This document shows positions 1 through 11,499 of a stretch of 64,000 bases of DNA, piece after piece. Source of the DNA: Scyliorhinus canicula (Eukaryota); contig NC_052172.1 of assembly GCF_902713615.1 (NCBI RefSeq), positions 18,013,327-18,077,326 on the forward strand. Reading direction: 5' to 3'. Position 1 is the stretch's first letter; each line of letters begins with the position of its first letter. The notes beneath the pieces were generated by a model. That model did no database searches and was not told the origin of the DNA. It was given only the letters and a program-made list of their open reading frames with translations. The position numbers and the translations under genes are program-made.

Positions 1-223
1 TTGGCATATTGTAATTTCTAAGTACGGTCGAGGGTCGAATGCCTCCGCTTGAGGGCCCCAGACACGAGCCAAATCCTGGCTGCATGCCGTCGTAATACTA
101 CCTCGAGGAGAGTGGAGACTCTGCTCGTAGTGGGGAAATGCAAGGTATATAGTGTCAATGCCAAATTAAATTTGGGGAGATGGTTGGAGTGGAGCAGAGA
201 GGAGGGGAAAAAAAGAGACTCAC

Positions 224-376
224 TCTGATCTCAGCCGCCTGAGCTCGGAGTCGCGGTAATCCTTGCCCTGCTTCGATCTCGCCGAGGCGAGTTCTTCCTT
301 CAGTCCTCGGATTATTTTCTGGAGGGCGACCGGATCTGGCTTCCCTGCGTACGGTAACGGCAGCGGGTAGTGTATT
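224..376 (-). CDS. CCDC61: CCDC61 coding exon 4 ((R)IHYPLPLPYAGKPDPVALQKIIRGLKEELASARSKQGKDYRDSELRRLRS); gene continues left of the window
   Basis: 153 bp between an acceptor (ctgcAG, plus 377-378) and donor GTGAGT (plus 218-223). Phase 2/2 matches the previous exon. IHYPLPLPY..KPDP is the CCDC61/VFL3 head-to-coiled-coil junction motif. Confidence 0.93.
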
Positions 377-1182
377 CTGCAGACATCGGAAAGAAGGATC
401 AGAGAGAGAGAGAGAGAGAGAGAGAAGCAGCTTCGATCATTTCAATCTTTGAAATTCTCTCCTCCAGTGGGTGGAGGGGTGGGGGAGAGGGGGGGCTGGG
501 TCCGACTAACGTTTGACTGACAAGGGAGTCAATGGTGATGGGGGATCAGAAAGGAGAGTGGATGCGAGTCCACAATCAGATCAACCATAATATGGGCGGC
601 ACGCTGGCACAGCGGTTAGCACAGCTCCAGGGTTCAATTCCGGCCTCGGGCGACTGTCTGTGGGGAGTCTGCACGTTCTCCCCGTGTCTGCGTGGGTTTC
701 CTCCGGGTGCTCCGGTTTCCTCCCACAGTCCAAAGATGCTCAGGTTAGGTGGATTGGGCAAGCTAAACCTTCCCCTCAGTGTCCAATGATGTGGTGAGGT
801 GGGGTTGCGGGATTCGGGTGGAGGGCTGGGCCTAGTAGGGGGCTCTTTCAGAGGGTCGGCGCAGATTCGATGGGCCGAATAGCCTTCAGCTGCACTGCAG
901 AGACTCTACGATGAACTGAATGAAGGCCAGGCTCGAGGAACTGAATGGCCTCGTCCTATCTCTCGTGATTTTAGGTTCACTGTTTGAGTCAGACAGTGAA
1001 AGGACGGCAGGTTTCCTTTGCTGAAAGGAATCAGTTGGGTTCAGGTGATCCATCAGTTTTGTGGCCATATTGAAATTGTCGCTGCTTTCTGTTTCCAGAT
1101 TCCACCATGATGGAAGTTTGAATTTACATTCCCCAAGTTATTAATACAAGGCACTGGGCTATCAATGGTTAAGATGATAGAT

Positions 1183-1364
1183 GGGTGAATTCTCCGCCGG
1201 CCGGATTCTCCGTTCCGCCGCTAACCCATCCCCGCCCACGGGTTTCCCGGGGATGTGGCGTAGCTACAATGGAAATCCTGTTGGCCAGCAGCGGGAATAC
1301 AGAATCCCGATGCAGACGCCGCCCCGCCGAGGACCATGCGGCTGGGGAGGGGGAGAAATCACCC
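1183..1364. mobile_element. Short MITE of the same TIR type (a related copy lies at about 61084-61248)
   Basis: GGGTGAATTCTCC ... GGAGAAATCACCC imperfect inverted termini. Confidence 0.55.
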
Positions 1365-3358
1365 CAGTGAAATCACAATGACTCAAACTCAGAGGACATG
1401 AAGTTTCAACGATGCCTGTGGTAAGCCGGAATTCCGCAACGGCAACTCTGGATTAGCCGGACTTGCCTACGCTGGCCACGTGACCCTCCTGACCAATCAG
1501 AGCAGAGTTAGGCCACACAAGAGCGCAAAATCACAGAGTGCTGGGCAAGCCATCATGTGACATCAAGATCTCCTTGTAAAAAGAAGTGCTGAAACCTGCG
1601 AGGACGGCCAAACGTGTGAGAAAGTCAAAAGAAGCTGATGTGGCGAGTGGAAAACCACGTACGAGGTGGCAAGCACTCAACGCAAAGGGGCGGGATCATG
1701 TTTGTCGGCATAAGTACAGTGGTTAGCACTGCTGCCTCACGCCGCCAGGGACCCTGGTTCGATTCCAACCTCGGGTGACTGTGCGGAGTCTGCACGTTCT
1801 CCCTGTGTGTGTGGGTTTCCTCTGGGTGCTCCAGTCCCCACCTCCCCCACAGGCCAAAGGTGTGCAGGTTAAGTGGATTGGGCGTGCCAAATTGCCCCTT
1901 AGTGTCCAAACGGTTAGGTGGGGTTACAGGGAAATGGGCGGGGGTGGAAGCCTAGGTTAGGGTGTTCTTTCGCAGGGTCGATGCAGTCCTGATGGGCCGA
2001 ATGGCCGCCTTCTGCACTGCAGGGATTCTATGATATCGAGCGGCACAGGGAAACATTCCTATGGGAATGGAGCCTCCTTCGAATTTGGAATCCGGAGACC
2101 CCGGGGTTTGACGCATCGAGATTTTGCTGTACAACTTTTCCGAATATTTTCCCAGCTCAACGGGAGTTGAACAAAAGAAGTTTATTCTCTTGAGGTTCTG
2201 CTGCTGATTGTGCCATAAATCTCGGAAATGAAATAAAATAATCATTACGCTGTTACATTAACCTGATAACAGTAGCGTCATTCTTTTGTCAGCGTTTGCA
2301 AAACCATGGATAGCAATAGATTGACTTGCAACATTTGTCGTCCGTCCCCCGTTCCCCCCCCCGCAGGCTGTAGCGGTGTTGAAGTTGAAGGTTGGATACT
2401 GCGCATCTAAATAGAAAACTTTTCGGAGAGCCCGCTTGTGAGATTTGTGCAAAGAGTTAGGAGTATAAGAACAGGAAATAACGCAAGACGATTTGACACG
2501 GCCTGAATCAGTGGATCATCAAATGCAGCTCAACATCGAGACATCAGATCAGACGGCTGCTGCGTGGATACGTTCACGGCACTTTTCACTATAAAAGCAG
2601 CGTTAGACAATTAACTGAAATGTCAGTGCTGCTCTGCGAAACAAACATATGCTGTAACCTTGAAAACAAACCCTTAATATTCATGCTGTGTCAAACCCAA
2701 TTAATGCTGTGATACTGGGTCCGTGAACTATGTTTAAGTAAGCACGCTAGCACGGTGGCGTAGTGGGTTAGCCCTGCTGCCTCACGGCGCCGAGGTCCCA
2801 GGTTTGATCCCGGCTCTGGGTCACTGTCCGTGTGGAGTTTGCACATTCTCCCCGTGTCTGCGTGGATTTCGCCCCCACAACCCAAAGATGTGCAGGCGAG
2901 GTGGATTGGCCACGCTAAATTGCCCCATAATTGGAAAAAAAGTACAGCTGGGTACTCTAAATTTATTTTCTTTTTAAAAGATAAAGCTATTTTGTATTTA
3001 ATGAAAATGAAAAATGAAATGAAAATCGCTTATTGTCACAAGTTGGCTTCAAAATTAAGTTACTGTGAAAAGCCCCTAGTCGCCATATTCCGGCGCCTGT
3101 TCAGGGAGGCTGGTACGGGAATTGAACCCGCGCTGCTGGCTTGCCTGGGTTTGATTTTAAAGCCAGCTCTTTAGCCCTGTGCTAAACCAGTCCCAATCTC
3201 CCTTCCGAATGGGTTCAGTCTGAGCTATCCTGATGCTGACCACCAGCTGGATATATCTCCTGGTCGGTTGGTTTTTGTGGGTGTTGAGCTCCACGAGGCC
3301 GCATGGAAAATTCTAGAACTTGGCTGACAAATCCTGACGAGGCAGTGACCCCGCTCAC

Positions 3359-3519
3359 CTGTCAAACTCCACCGAGTAAATGAGGATGAGGTAGCGTTTG
3401 GCGTTGAGCGCTCCCGACTTTGGGGGCGGCGCGTGCCTCGTTGCAACGCCGGCTTTCCGGTTTCTCAGCAACTCCAGGTCGGAGTAGGTCAGCAGGTCGA
3501 GGGTCACCGATTCGCTGCT
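3359..3519 (-). CDS. CCDC61: CCDC61 coding exon 3 (SSESVTLDLLTYSDLELLRNRKAGVATRHAPPPKSGALNAKRYLILIYSVEFD-R)
   Basis: 161 bp, tttcAG acceptor, GTGAGC donor. LDLLTY.DLE.LR and KRYLILIYSVEFDR are hallmark CCDC61 motifs. Phase 0/2. Confidence 0.95.
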
Positions 3520-6500
3520 CTGAAACAAGATAAACAAACTCAATGGCGTGCTGCGGTCAGCCTTCCTGCGCCCTGACCTGCAGAGCATCGGGAATAACCG
3601 TGGGTTTCCTCCGGGGTCTCCGGTTTCCTCTCGCAGTCTAAAGACGGGCAGGTTGGGCGGGGTTACGGAGATAGGGCGGGGGGTGTGGGCCCGGGTGGCG
3701 TGCTCTCTTAGAGGGTCAGTGCAGCTACGGTGGGCTTCATGCAATCTATTCTAGAATGATATAATTTACAGTGCGGAAGGAGGCCATTTGGCCCATCAGT
3801 TCTGCACCGGCCCTTGGAAAGAGCAAATTACGTCTCCACCCTATCCCTGTAACCCCACCTAACCTTTCTTTGGAAACGAAGGGAACATTTAGCATGGCCA
3901 ATCCACCTAACCTGCACATCTTTTGGACTGTGATTAGGAAACCGGAGCAAATCCACGGAGACACGGTGATAAAGTGCAGACTCCACACAGACAGTGACCA
4001 GAGGCCGGAATTGAACCTGGGACCTGAGAACGCAGAGATCTGATTATTTCTTACGTCTCCTCTCTGTACCCCCCCTCCCCCCCCCCCCCCCCCCCCCCCC
4101 ATTTATTCCGAGGGGCGGTTTTGACCAGGGGAACTTGGAATGAAGACTGTACCAATTAGGCAGCATTCCTAACCTCCAAACATAAAACCGATTCACTAGA
4201 AATGCAATTCCGCCTCTTCTAGAAATTGAAGAACAGAAAACAATGACAGGAGGCTCAAGTAAAACCTGAAAATCAATTGCGTCTTTGAAACCAACCCCAC
4301 TGCCGAAAAATCCAGACAATCTGCTGTTAAACGCCAACTCATAATTCACATTCAGTTGCAGTTATTTAATGATTCAAACTTTCAGATAGGAAGTTCCATT
4401 TTGCTGTATTATTTTCATTGCTTCATTTAGCTAATTGGATCATTCATTTTTTAAGTACAGAGATTGAATCAGGGCAGCACGGTGGGGGCAGTGGGTTACC
4501 CCTGTTGCCTCAAGGCGCCGAGGTCCCAGGTTCGATCCCGGCTCTGGGTCACTGTCCGTGTGGAGTTTGCACATTCTCCCTGTGTCTGTGTGGGTTTCAC
4601 CCCCACAATCCAAAGATGTGCAGGGTAGGTGGATTGGTCACGCTAAATTGCCCGTTAATTGGAAAAAATTAATTGGGTACTCTAAAATTTAGAAAAAGAA
4701 AAGTACAAAGATTGAACTGTAAGTATATTGCACATGAAGTTAAAAACTTAAGGCAGCACGGTGGCACAGTGGTTAGCACTGCTGCCTCACACAGCGAGGA
4801 CCCGCGTTCGATCCTGGCCCCAATTGACTGTCAGTGTGGAGTTTGCACACTCTCCCCATGTCTGCGTGGGTTTCACCGCCACAACCCAAAGATGTGCAGG
4901 GTGGGTGGATTGGCCGCGCTAAATTGCCCCTTAATTGGAAAAAAATAATTGGGCACTCTAAATTTATTTTTACAAAGTTAGCTCTTTCCATGACCGGGTG
5001 CCTCAGTGCCTAACAGCCCATGAAGTGCTCTTTGAAGCGTAGTCACTATTGCAATGTAAGAAACACTGCAGCAAACTTCCACACAGGAAGATCCCACAAA
5101 CAGCACTATGATAAGCTCATAAGACATAGGAGCAGAATTAGGCCACTCGGCCCATCCAGTCTGCTCCGCCATTCAATCATGGCTGATATTTAATGATGTT
5201 GATAATGATGTTGATTGAGGGACAAATATCAGCCCCAGGATACCGGGGAGAACCTTCTTCAATATTGTGCCATTTGATCTCTTACATTCACCCGAGCAGG
5301 CAGTTGGGGCCTGGGATTAACTCTTATCTGAAAGATGACACCTCTCCCACAGCGCAAGCCTTCATCTGGATAGTCAGTAGCTTTCCCCAGGATGGAAAAG
5401 AAAATTACTAGGGAACATATGTTTAAAGTGCAAGGGGCAAAGTTTAGAGGAGATGTGCGAGGCATGTTTTTTTTTACATAAAAGGGTGGGGCATGCCTGG
5501 AACTCACTGCTGGGGCAGGTGATGTAAGCAGGTATGATAGCGGAGTCTAAGAGACATCTTGACAAATACATGAATAGGATGGGAATAGCGGGATTTAATA
5601 ATTTTATAATCTTTATTGTGTGCAGCATGATGGCGCAGTGGGTTAGACCTGCAGCCTCATTCCGCCGAGGTCCCAGGTTCGATCCCAGCCCTGGGTCACT
5701 GTCCGTGTGCAGTTTGAAACATTCTCCTCATGTCTGTGTGAGTTTCACCCCCACAACCCAAAGATGTGCAGGGTAGATGGATTGGCCACGCTAAATTGCC
5801 CCTTAATTGGAAAAAATTAATTGGGTACTCTAAATTTATAAAAAAACAACATAATCTTTGTCACAAGTAGGCTTACATTAACACTGCAATGCCCCTTGTG
5901 AAGAGGACCACAAATATGAGGACGGTATGGTAGCACAGTGGTTAGCACAGTTGCTTCACAGCGCCAGGGACCCTGGTTCGATTCCCAGCTTGGGTCACTG
6001 TCTGTGCGGAGTCTGCACGTTCTCCCCATGTCTGCGTGGGTTTCCTCCGGGTGCTCCAGTTTCCTCCCACAAGTCCTGAAAGACGTGCTTGTGAGGTGAA
6101 TTGGACATTCTGAATTCTCCCTCTGTGTACCCGAACAGGCGCCGGAGTGTGGCGACTAGGGGATTTTCACAGTAACTTCACCGCGGTGTTAATGTAAGCC
6201 TACTTGTGACACTAATAAAGATTAATAAAAAGACGAACACGTGGTCCAATTAAACTGAAAAATGCTTAAAACAAAACCGAATCAGAATTTTGCCAAAACC
6301 TATGCCATATATATCTATTTTTTTATTTTTTTTTTTGTTTAAAAATTTAGTGTACCCAATCATTTTTCCAATTAAGGGGCAATTTAGCGTGGCCAATCCA
6401 CCCACCCTGCACATCTTTGGGTTGTGGGGGCGAAACCCACGCAAACACGGGGAGAATGTGCAAACTCCACACGGACAGTGACCCAGAGCCGGGATCGAAC

Positions 6501-6759
6501 CTGGGACCTCGGCGCCGTGAGGCAGCAGTGCTACTCACTGCGCCACCGTGCTGCCCTTTATATATCTAATTTTAAAAGAATTGATCCATAAAAATCGCTC
6601 ATCGACCGTGGAATACACTTACGCAAACCCGGATGTTACGTTGGCCAAGCTGATAGAGGAATGGAAACAAACTCTGATTCCAACCGATTCAAAATCAAGC
6701 TTATAAAACGTTATTGTAATGCAGACGCCACCGATTGCTGAAACAGGGGAGGGTGAAGT

Positions 6760-7100
6760 ATCAGCCATGGCTTAGTGGGCAGCACTTTTGTCAAGTTGGA
6801 GTGTTTGTGGGTTCGAGTTCCACCTCAGGGGACTGAATGGCAGCAAGAGACGATTAAGGCCAACACTCCTTGTTCAGACGTGACGTTAAACCGGGCGCCC
6901 CCCCCCCCCCCCGCCCGCCCTCTGAGGAGGATGTAAAAGGTCCCGCTGCACTATTTTGAAGAAGAGCAGGACAGTTCTCCCCAGCCCTGGCCAATATTCA
7001 TCCCGTCAACGTCACTGAAACGACATTATCTATGGGAGCTTGCTGTGCATGAATTTGCTGATATTTTTCCTACAATGCAGCAGGGACCACACTTCAAGAG
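6760..7100 (+). mobile_element. Old Deu-domain SINE (SacSINE1/AmnSINE1-like); further decayed copies at about 5000-5360, 22280-22510, 36390-37160 and 39650-40020
   Basis: GTAAAAGGTCCC..CACTATTTTGAAGAAGAGCAG..CCTGGCCAATATT..GGGAGCTTGCTGTGC resembles the Deu core as recalled; not database-verified. Confidence 0.6.
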
Positions 7101-7308
7101 TGCTCCGTTGCGGAGAGAGGAAGGAAAAAATGAGAACCGGAGGCTCGAGGTGAGGGCGGGATTTCTCATCGTACTTTCTGATCAGCAACACGGAGGAGGT
7201 AGAAGGGGAGCATTCGGAGGGATGGCTTGAGTCATGCCTGGAGTCGGGCTAAAAGTGGTGCAGAACAGATACCAGCGACAGACGTTTCCCCATCAAATCA
7301 GACTGTAC

Positions 7309-7391
7309 CTTTGTGATGGCCGACTCCAACATGTTGCAGAAGATCGAGAACTGCTTGAAGTTTCCAGTTTTGTGAGTGACATCCTCAATGT
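7309..7391 (-). CDS. CCDC61: CCDC61 coding exon 2 ((Y)IEDVTHKTGNFKQFSIFCNMLESAITK)
   Basis: 83 bp, ctgcAG acceptor, GTACAG donor, phase 1/0. THKTGNFKQF is conserved in CCDC61. Confidence 0.95.
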
Positions 7392-7479
7392 CTGCAGAGC
7401 AGAGAGAGAAGAGGGACAGAGTCGGTTAGGGGTCTCCCACACCCCCACCCACCCACCCACCTCCACTTTCCTGTCTTAT

Positions 7480-7935
7480 CCCCATATCCCTCGATTTCCT
7501 CACTGATTAAAAATCTGTCTCAGCCTTAAACATACTTCACGCCCCGGCCTCTACAGCTCTCTGCGGTAAAGAATTTCACAGATTCACTCCCCTCAGAGAA
7601 GAAATTCCTCCTCATCTCTGTCTGAAATGGGTGACCCCTCACTCGGAGATTCTGCCCTCTGGCCCCAGACCCTCCCACAAGGGGAAACAACCTCTCAGCA
7701 TCGACCTCTCAGCATCGACCCTGTCCAACCCCCTGAGAATCCGATATGTCTCAATAAGGTCGCCTCTCATTCTTCTAAACTCCAATGAGCACGGGCCCAA
7801 CCTACTCAACCTCGCCTTATAAGAAAATACCTCTATATCCAGGATCGACCAAGTGAACCGTCTCTGGATTGTCTCCAATGCTGGTGTATCATCCCTTAGA
7901 TGAGGGGACCAAAACTGTTCCAGGTGTAGTCTAAC
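7480..7935 (-). mobile_element. CR1-clade LINE 3' fragment
   Basis: LETIQRRFT...SLEFRRMRGDLIETYRILRGLDRVD motif. Confidence 0.85.
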
Positions 7936-8243
7936 CACCTTCTTTGAACGGTTGTAGGCCATGTCTGGACAGTGACTACAAGCAAAAAATCTTTCTCTTA
8001 ATCATGTGACAGGCCCTCTTGCAGCAATCCTACTACCCACTGCACTGAGAGATCAACACTCTCAGCAGAGATAAGGCCTTGCTCAGTACAATGCTGGGAC
8101 TGAGCATTCAGCCACTAGACTGTCAAAAGAGCTTGAAAAGCACAGCCTAGCGTCAAAAACGCCCAAGCTAGGCATGGCTAAAGGTAGGAGAAGCAGGCAG
8201 AAGATGACATTGATCACACGGGAAAGAGCAGCTTTGAACTTAC

Positions 8244-8391
8244 ACGCAGCCTCAAATTCTCCTCGCCACTGCTCAGAGGTCAGCCGGTCCTCAACTTCCA
8301 CCTCCAACACGTCCCCGGTCACCATCATCGTGACGATGTACTCAATCCCCCGGAAAACATAATCTGCTTGCACTGAGGAACCTCCTTCCAT
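8244..8391 (-). CDS. CCDC61: CCDC61 first coding exon (MEGGSSVQADYVFRGIEYIVTMMVTGDVLEVEVEDRLTSEQWRGEFEAA)
   Basis: ATG in good Kozak context (gccATGg) at 8391, GTAAGT donor at 8243, 148 bp, phase 1. A probable upstream acceptor at 8484-8485 implies a non-coding exon 1. Confidence 0.93.
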
Positions 8392-8544
8392 GGCACAGGT
8401 AGAGAAGCGCGACTGTACTTCAGGGCAAGGTGACAAGATCCAGGAAGCCTCAACAGAGGCAACGAGCAGTTAAATCTTTTAAGCTGCAGATAACAAATTA
8501 AGTTACTTGAAATGGGATAAAACAACATTAAATATCACCAACAT

Positions 8545-9430
8545 GCTGCCCCAGGTTGCTTTTTCTGTTTGTTGCGTATACTGGGAGGGGCCAGATGGAA
8601 CAGCCTCCTATATAGTACCTGTGCAACACTAACATCTACTTGGCAATGTGGAAAATTGCCCGAGTATGTCATGTACACAAGAAATAGGACAAATGCAACC
8701 CAGTCAATTACCACCCCATCAGTCTACTCTCAGGATATCACTGCGGGAGTTCTTCAGGGAAGTAAAATAATTGCAGGGCTGCAGTTAAGGGCAGAAGAGT
8801 GGGGCTAGCTAAATTGTTTTTGTAGAGGGCTCGACAGGCCAAATGGCCTTCTCAATCATCGCCAAAGTGATGGAAAGAGTCATCAGTGCTATCAAACAGC
8901 ACTTACTCAGCAATAACCTGCTCACGGACGCTCAGTTTGGGTTCCGCCAGGGTCACACAGCTCCTGACCCCATTACAGCCTTGGTTCAAATGTGGACAAA
9001 TAGTTCTGAATGCCAGAGGTGAGGTGAGAGTGACTGCCCTTGACATCAAGGCAGCATTTGACAGAGTATGGCACCAAGGAGCCATCGCTAAACTGGAGTC
9101 GACGGGAATCGGGGGGGGGAACTCGCCGCTGGTTGGTGTCATAACTGGCGCAAAGGAAGATGGCTGCGGTGGTTGGAAGTCAATCATCTGAGCTCTGGGA
9201 TATCACTGCAGGAGTTCCTCAGGGTAGCGCCCTGGGCCCAACCACCTTCAGCCGCTTCATCCACGACCATCGCAAGGTTAGAAGTGGGGATGCCCGCGGA
9301 TGAACGCACAATGTTCAGCGCCATTGGCGACTCTTCGGGCACTGAAGCGGTCCCCGGCCCGTAAGCTGCAAGAGCTGGACAATAAATATCCAGGTTTGCG
9401 AGCAAGTGCCAGGCCGTGACCATCTCTTGC
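8545..9430 (+). mobile_element. Degenerate non-LTR retrotransposon RT fragment (CR1/L2 group); related pieces at about 32630-33480 and 35450-36030
   Basis: RVTALDIKAAFDRVWHQG and GVPQGS-like RT motifs, frameshifted. Confidence 0.75.
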
Positions 9431-9899
9431 AAAGATCGCAGGGGGGGGGGGGGGGGGGCACAGCAAGTTAGCACTTCTGCCTCACAGCGCCAGGGGCCCA
9501 GGTTCGATTCCGGGCTTGGGTCACTGTCTGTGCGGAGTCTGCACGTTCTCCCCGTGTCTGCGTGGGTTTCCTCCGGGCGCTCCCCAGGAAACTGAATACC
9601 GAATTCAGTTTTTCCAATGAAGGGGCAATTTAACGTGGCCAGTCCACCTACCCTGGACATCTTTTGGGTTATGGGGGGCGAAACTTACAGTCCAAAGATG
9701 TGCAGGTGGGGTGGCCATGATCAACTGCCCCTTGGGGATAGAGCGGTGGGTGCTCTATCAGGGGGCTAGGTGCAGACTCGATGGGCTGCATGGCCTCTCC
9801 CTGCACTGTGTGGGGTGCTCTAACCTGGACATTCATCACCATGGCTGAATCCTCCCCTGACCCACCATCATCTCATCCCTCCCCAACAACCCCATTTTA

Positions 9900-10460
9900 C
9901 CCGGAGCCGAACCGAGCCGCAATCTTCCTCCCTCCTCAGCCGTCCGCCCGCCTCTGTCTCTAGGCGCCCAGAAGCCCGGGCTCCGGCCCAAGCTCAACCT
10001 AACCCGCCCATCGCCGGCGCGCGCACCCGCCGGCCCTGATTTGCCCGGCCGCCGACGTCCGCGCCCGCCATTGGTCGAGCTCCACGTCAATCACGTTCGG
10101 GGAGTTGACAGCGTTTGGTTGACGCGTAGTTAGCAACCGGACGCACCACTGAGCGAATCAGAGAGGGGTGAGAGCGGAGAGACAACATGATAAATCAAAT
10201 TTCCTCAACTTGTATTAAAAATGTAAATGGTAATGTGGTCAGTACCTCATTTTAATTCCTCTTTACGTTGTGTTGGTTCGCCTGTTTGTGCTTATTTGCG
10301 AAATAGTAGCACTCATTGCATGGTCCACCCCCTGTTGTGAGTGGAAATGGCCTGGTCGCGGAACGGGCGCTGGTGTGATGACGCCATCCCCCTGCGCCCC
10401 CAGGCCAGCTGTCAATCAAAGACCTGGGGCAGTTGGTTGTCCCTAGCAACCAGCAGATGC
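9900..10460 (-). promoter_or_regulatory. CpG-rich CCDC61 promoter / non-coding first exon region with CCAAT and RFX X-box-like motifs
   Basis: CpG-dense, repeat-free stretch 1.5-2 kb upstream of the ATG. ATTGG near 10070; GTAGTTAGCAAC at 10126-10137; GTTGTCCCTAGCAAC at 10436-10450. Confidence 0.65.
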
Positions 10461-11499
10461 TGACATGTTCTCTCTCAGTTGCAAAGCTCCACCAAGGGTT
10501 TCCGGTCACCCCCCCCCCCCCCCCCCCCCCCTCCCCCCTCCCCCCTTCCTCTGATTTTTGTTTAATTTGTAGTTCTTTAGTTTCATTAATAATCTTTATT
10601 ATTGTCACAAGTAGGCTTGCATTAACACTGCAATGAGGTTACTGTGAAAATCCCCTCGTCGCCACATTCCGGCGCCTGTTCGGGTACACAGAGGGAGAAT
10701 TCAGAATGTACAAATTGCTGAACAGCACGTCTTTGGACTGTGGAAGGAAACCGGAGCACCCGGAGGAAACCCACGCAGACACGGGGAGAACGTGCAGACT
10801 CCGCACAGACGGTGACCCAAGTTGGGAATCGAACCTGGGACCCTGGCGTTGTGAAGCAACAGTGCTAACCACTGTGCTACCCGTGCCGTCCACAGGTAGA
10901 GATCAGCCTTGATCTGATTGAATGGCGGAGCAGGATCGAAGGTCTGAATTGCCTCCTTCTGCTCCTAAGTCCTATGAGCCCCACGGGGAGATCAATCAGG
11001 ACATCCCGCAGGGTCCCGTGGGGATGAATGAACTTGCCTGGATGAGCGCAGCTCCAACAACGTTCCAGAAGCTCGACACTATCCAGGATGAAGCAGCCCC
11101 CCCCCCCCCCCCCCCCGATCGCCACTCATCCACCACCTTCAACAGTCTTTCCCTCCACCATCGATGCACAGTGGCAGCAAGTGTGTGCAATCTGGGAGAT
11201 ACACTGCACAAACTCACTTATGTAATAATTCCAGGAAGCGCGGAGTGAAAGATCAAAACTGAAAATGCAGGAGCGTCTCAGCGGGTCTGACAACGTCTGT
11301 GGAGAGAGAACGGAGCTAATGTTTTGAGTCTGGATGTCTCTTTATCAAAGCTGAAAGACCAAATTGGTTTATTTAAAACTGAAAACAAAGCCGCTCCTGC
11401 AGCACACAAAACAAACAGCCCAGCCCAGGATTATCGGAAACTGCCGGTCCAGGTCTGAGAGCCACATTTAAAGGTCCCGCTAACAAACCACAGCTGAGT

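Noticed and set aside
4070-4100. Long poly-C/poly-G tracts (many across the window) as functional G4 elements
   Set aside because: Simple homopolymers of uncertain assembled length, mostly inside repeats; no specific context.
4472-4545. tRNA genes (A/B-box sequences throughout the window)
   Set aside because: All are SINE heads continuing into SINE bodies; none forms a complete cloverleaf with a terminator.
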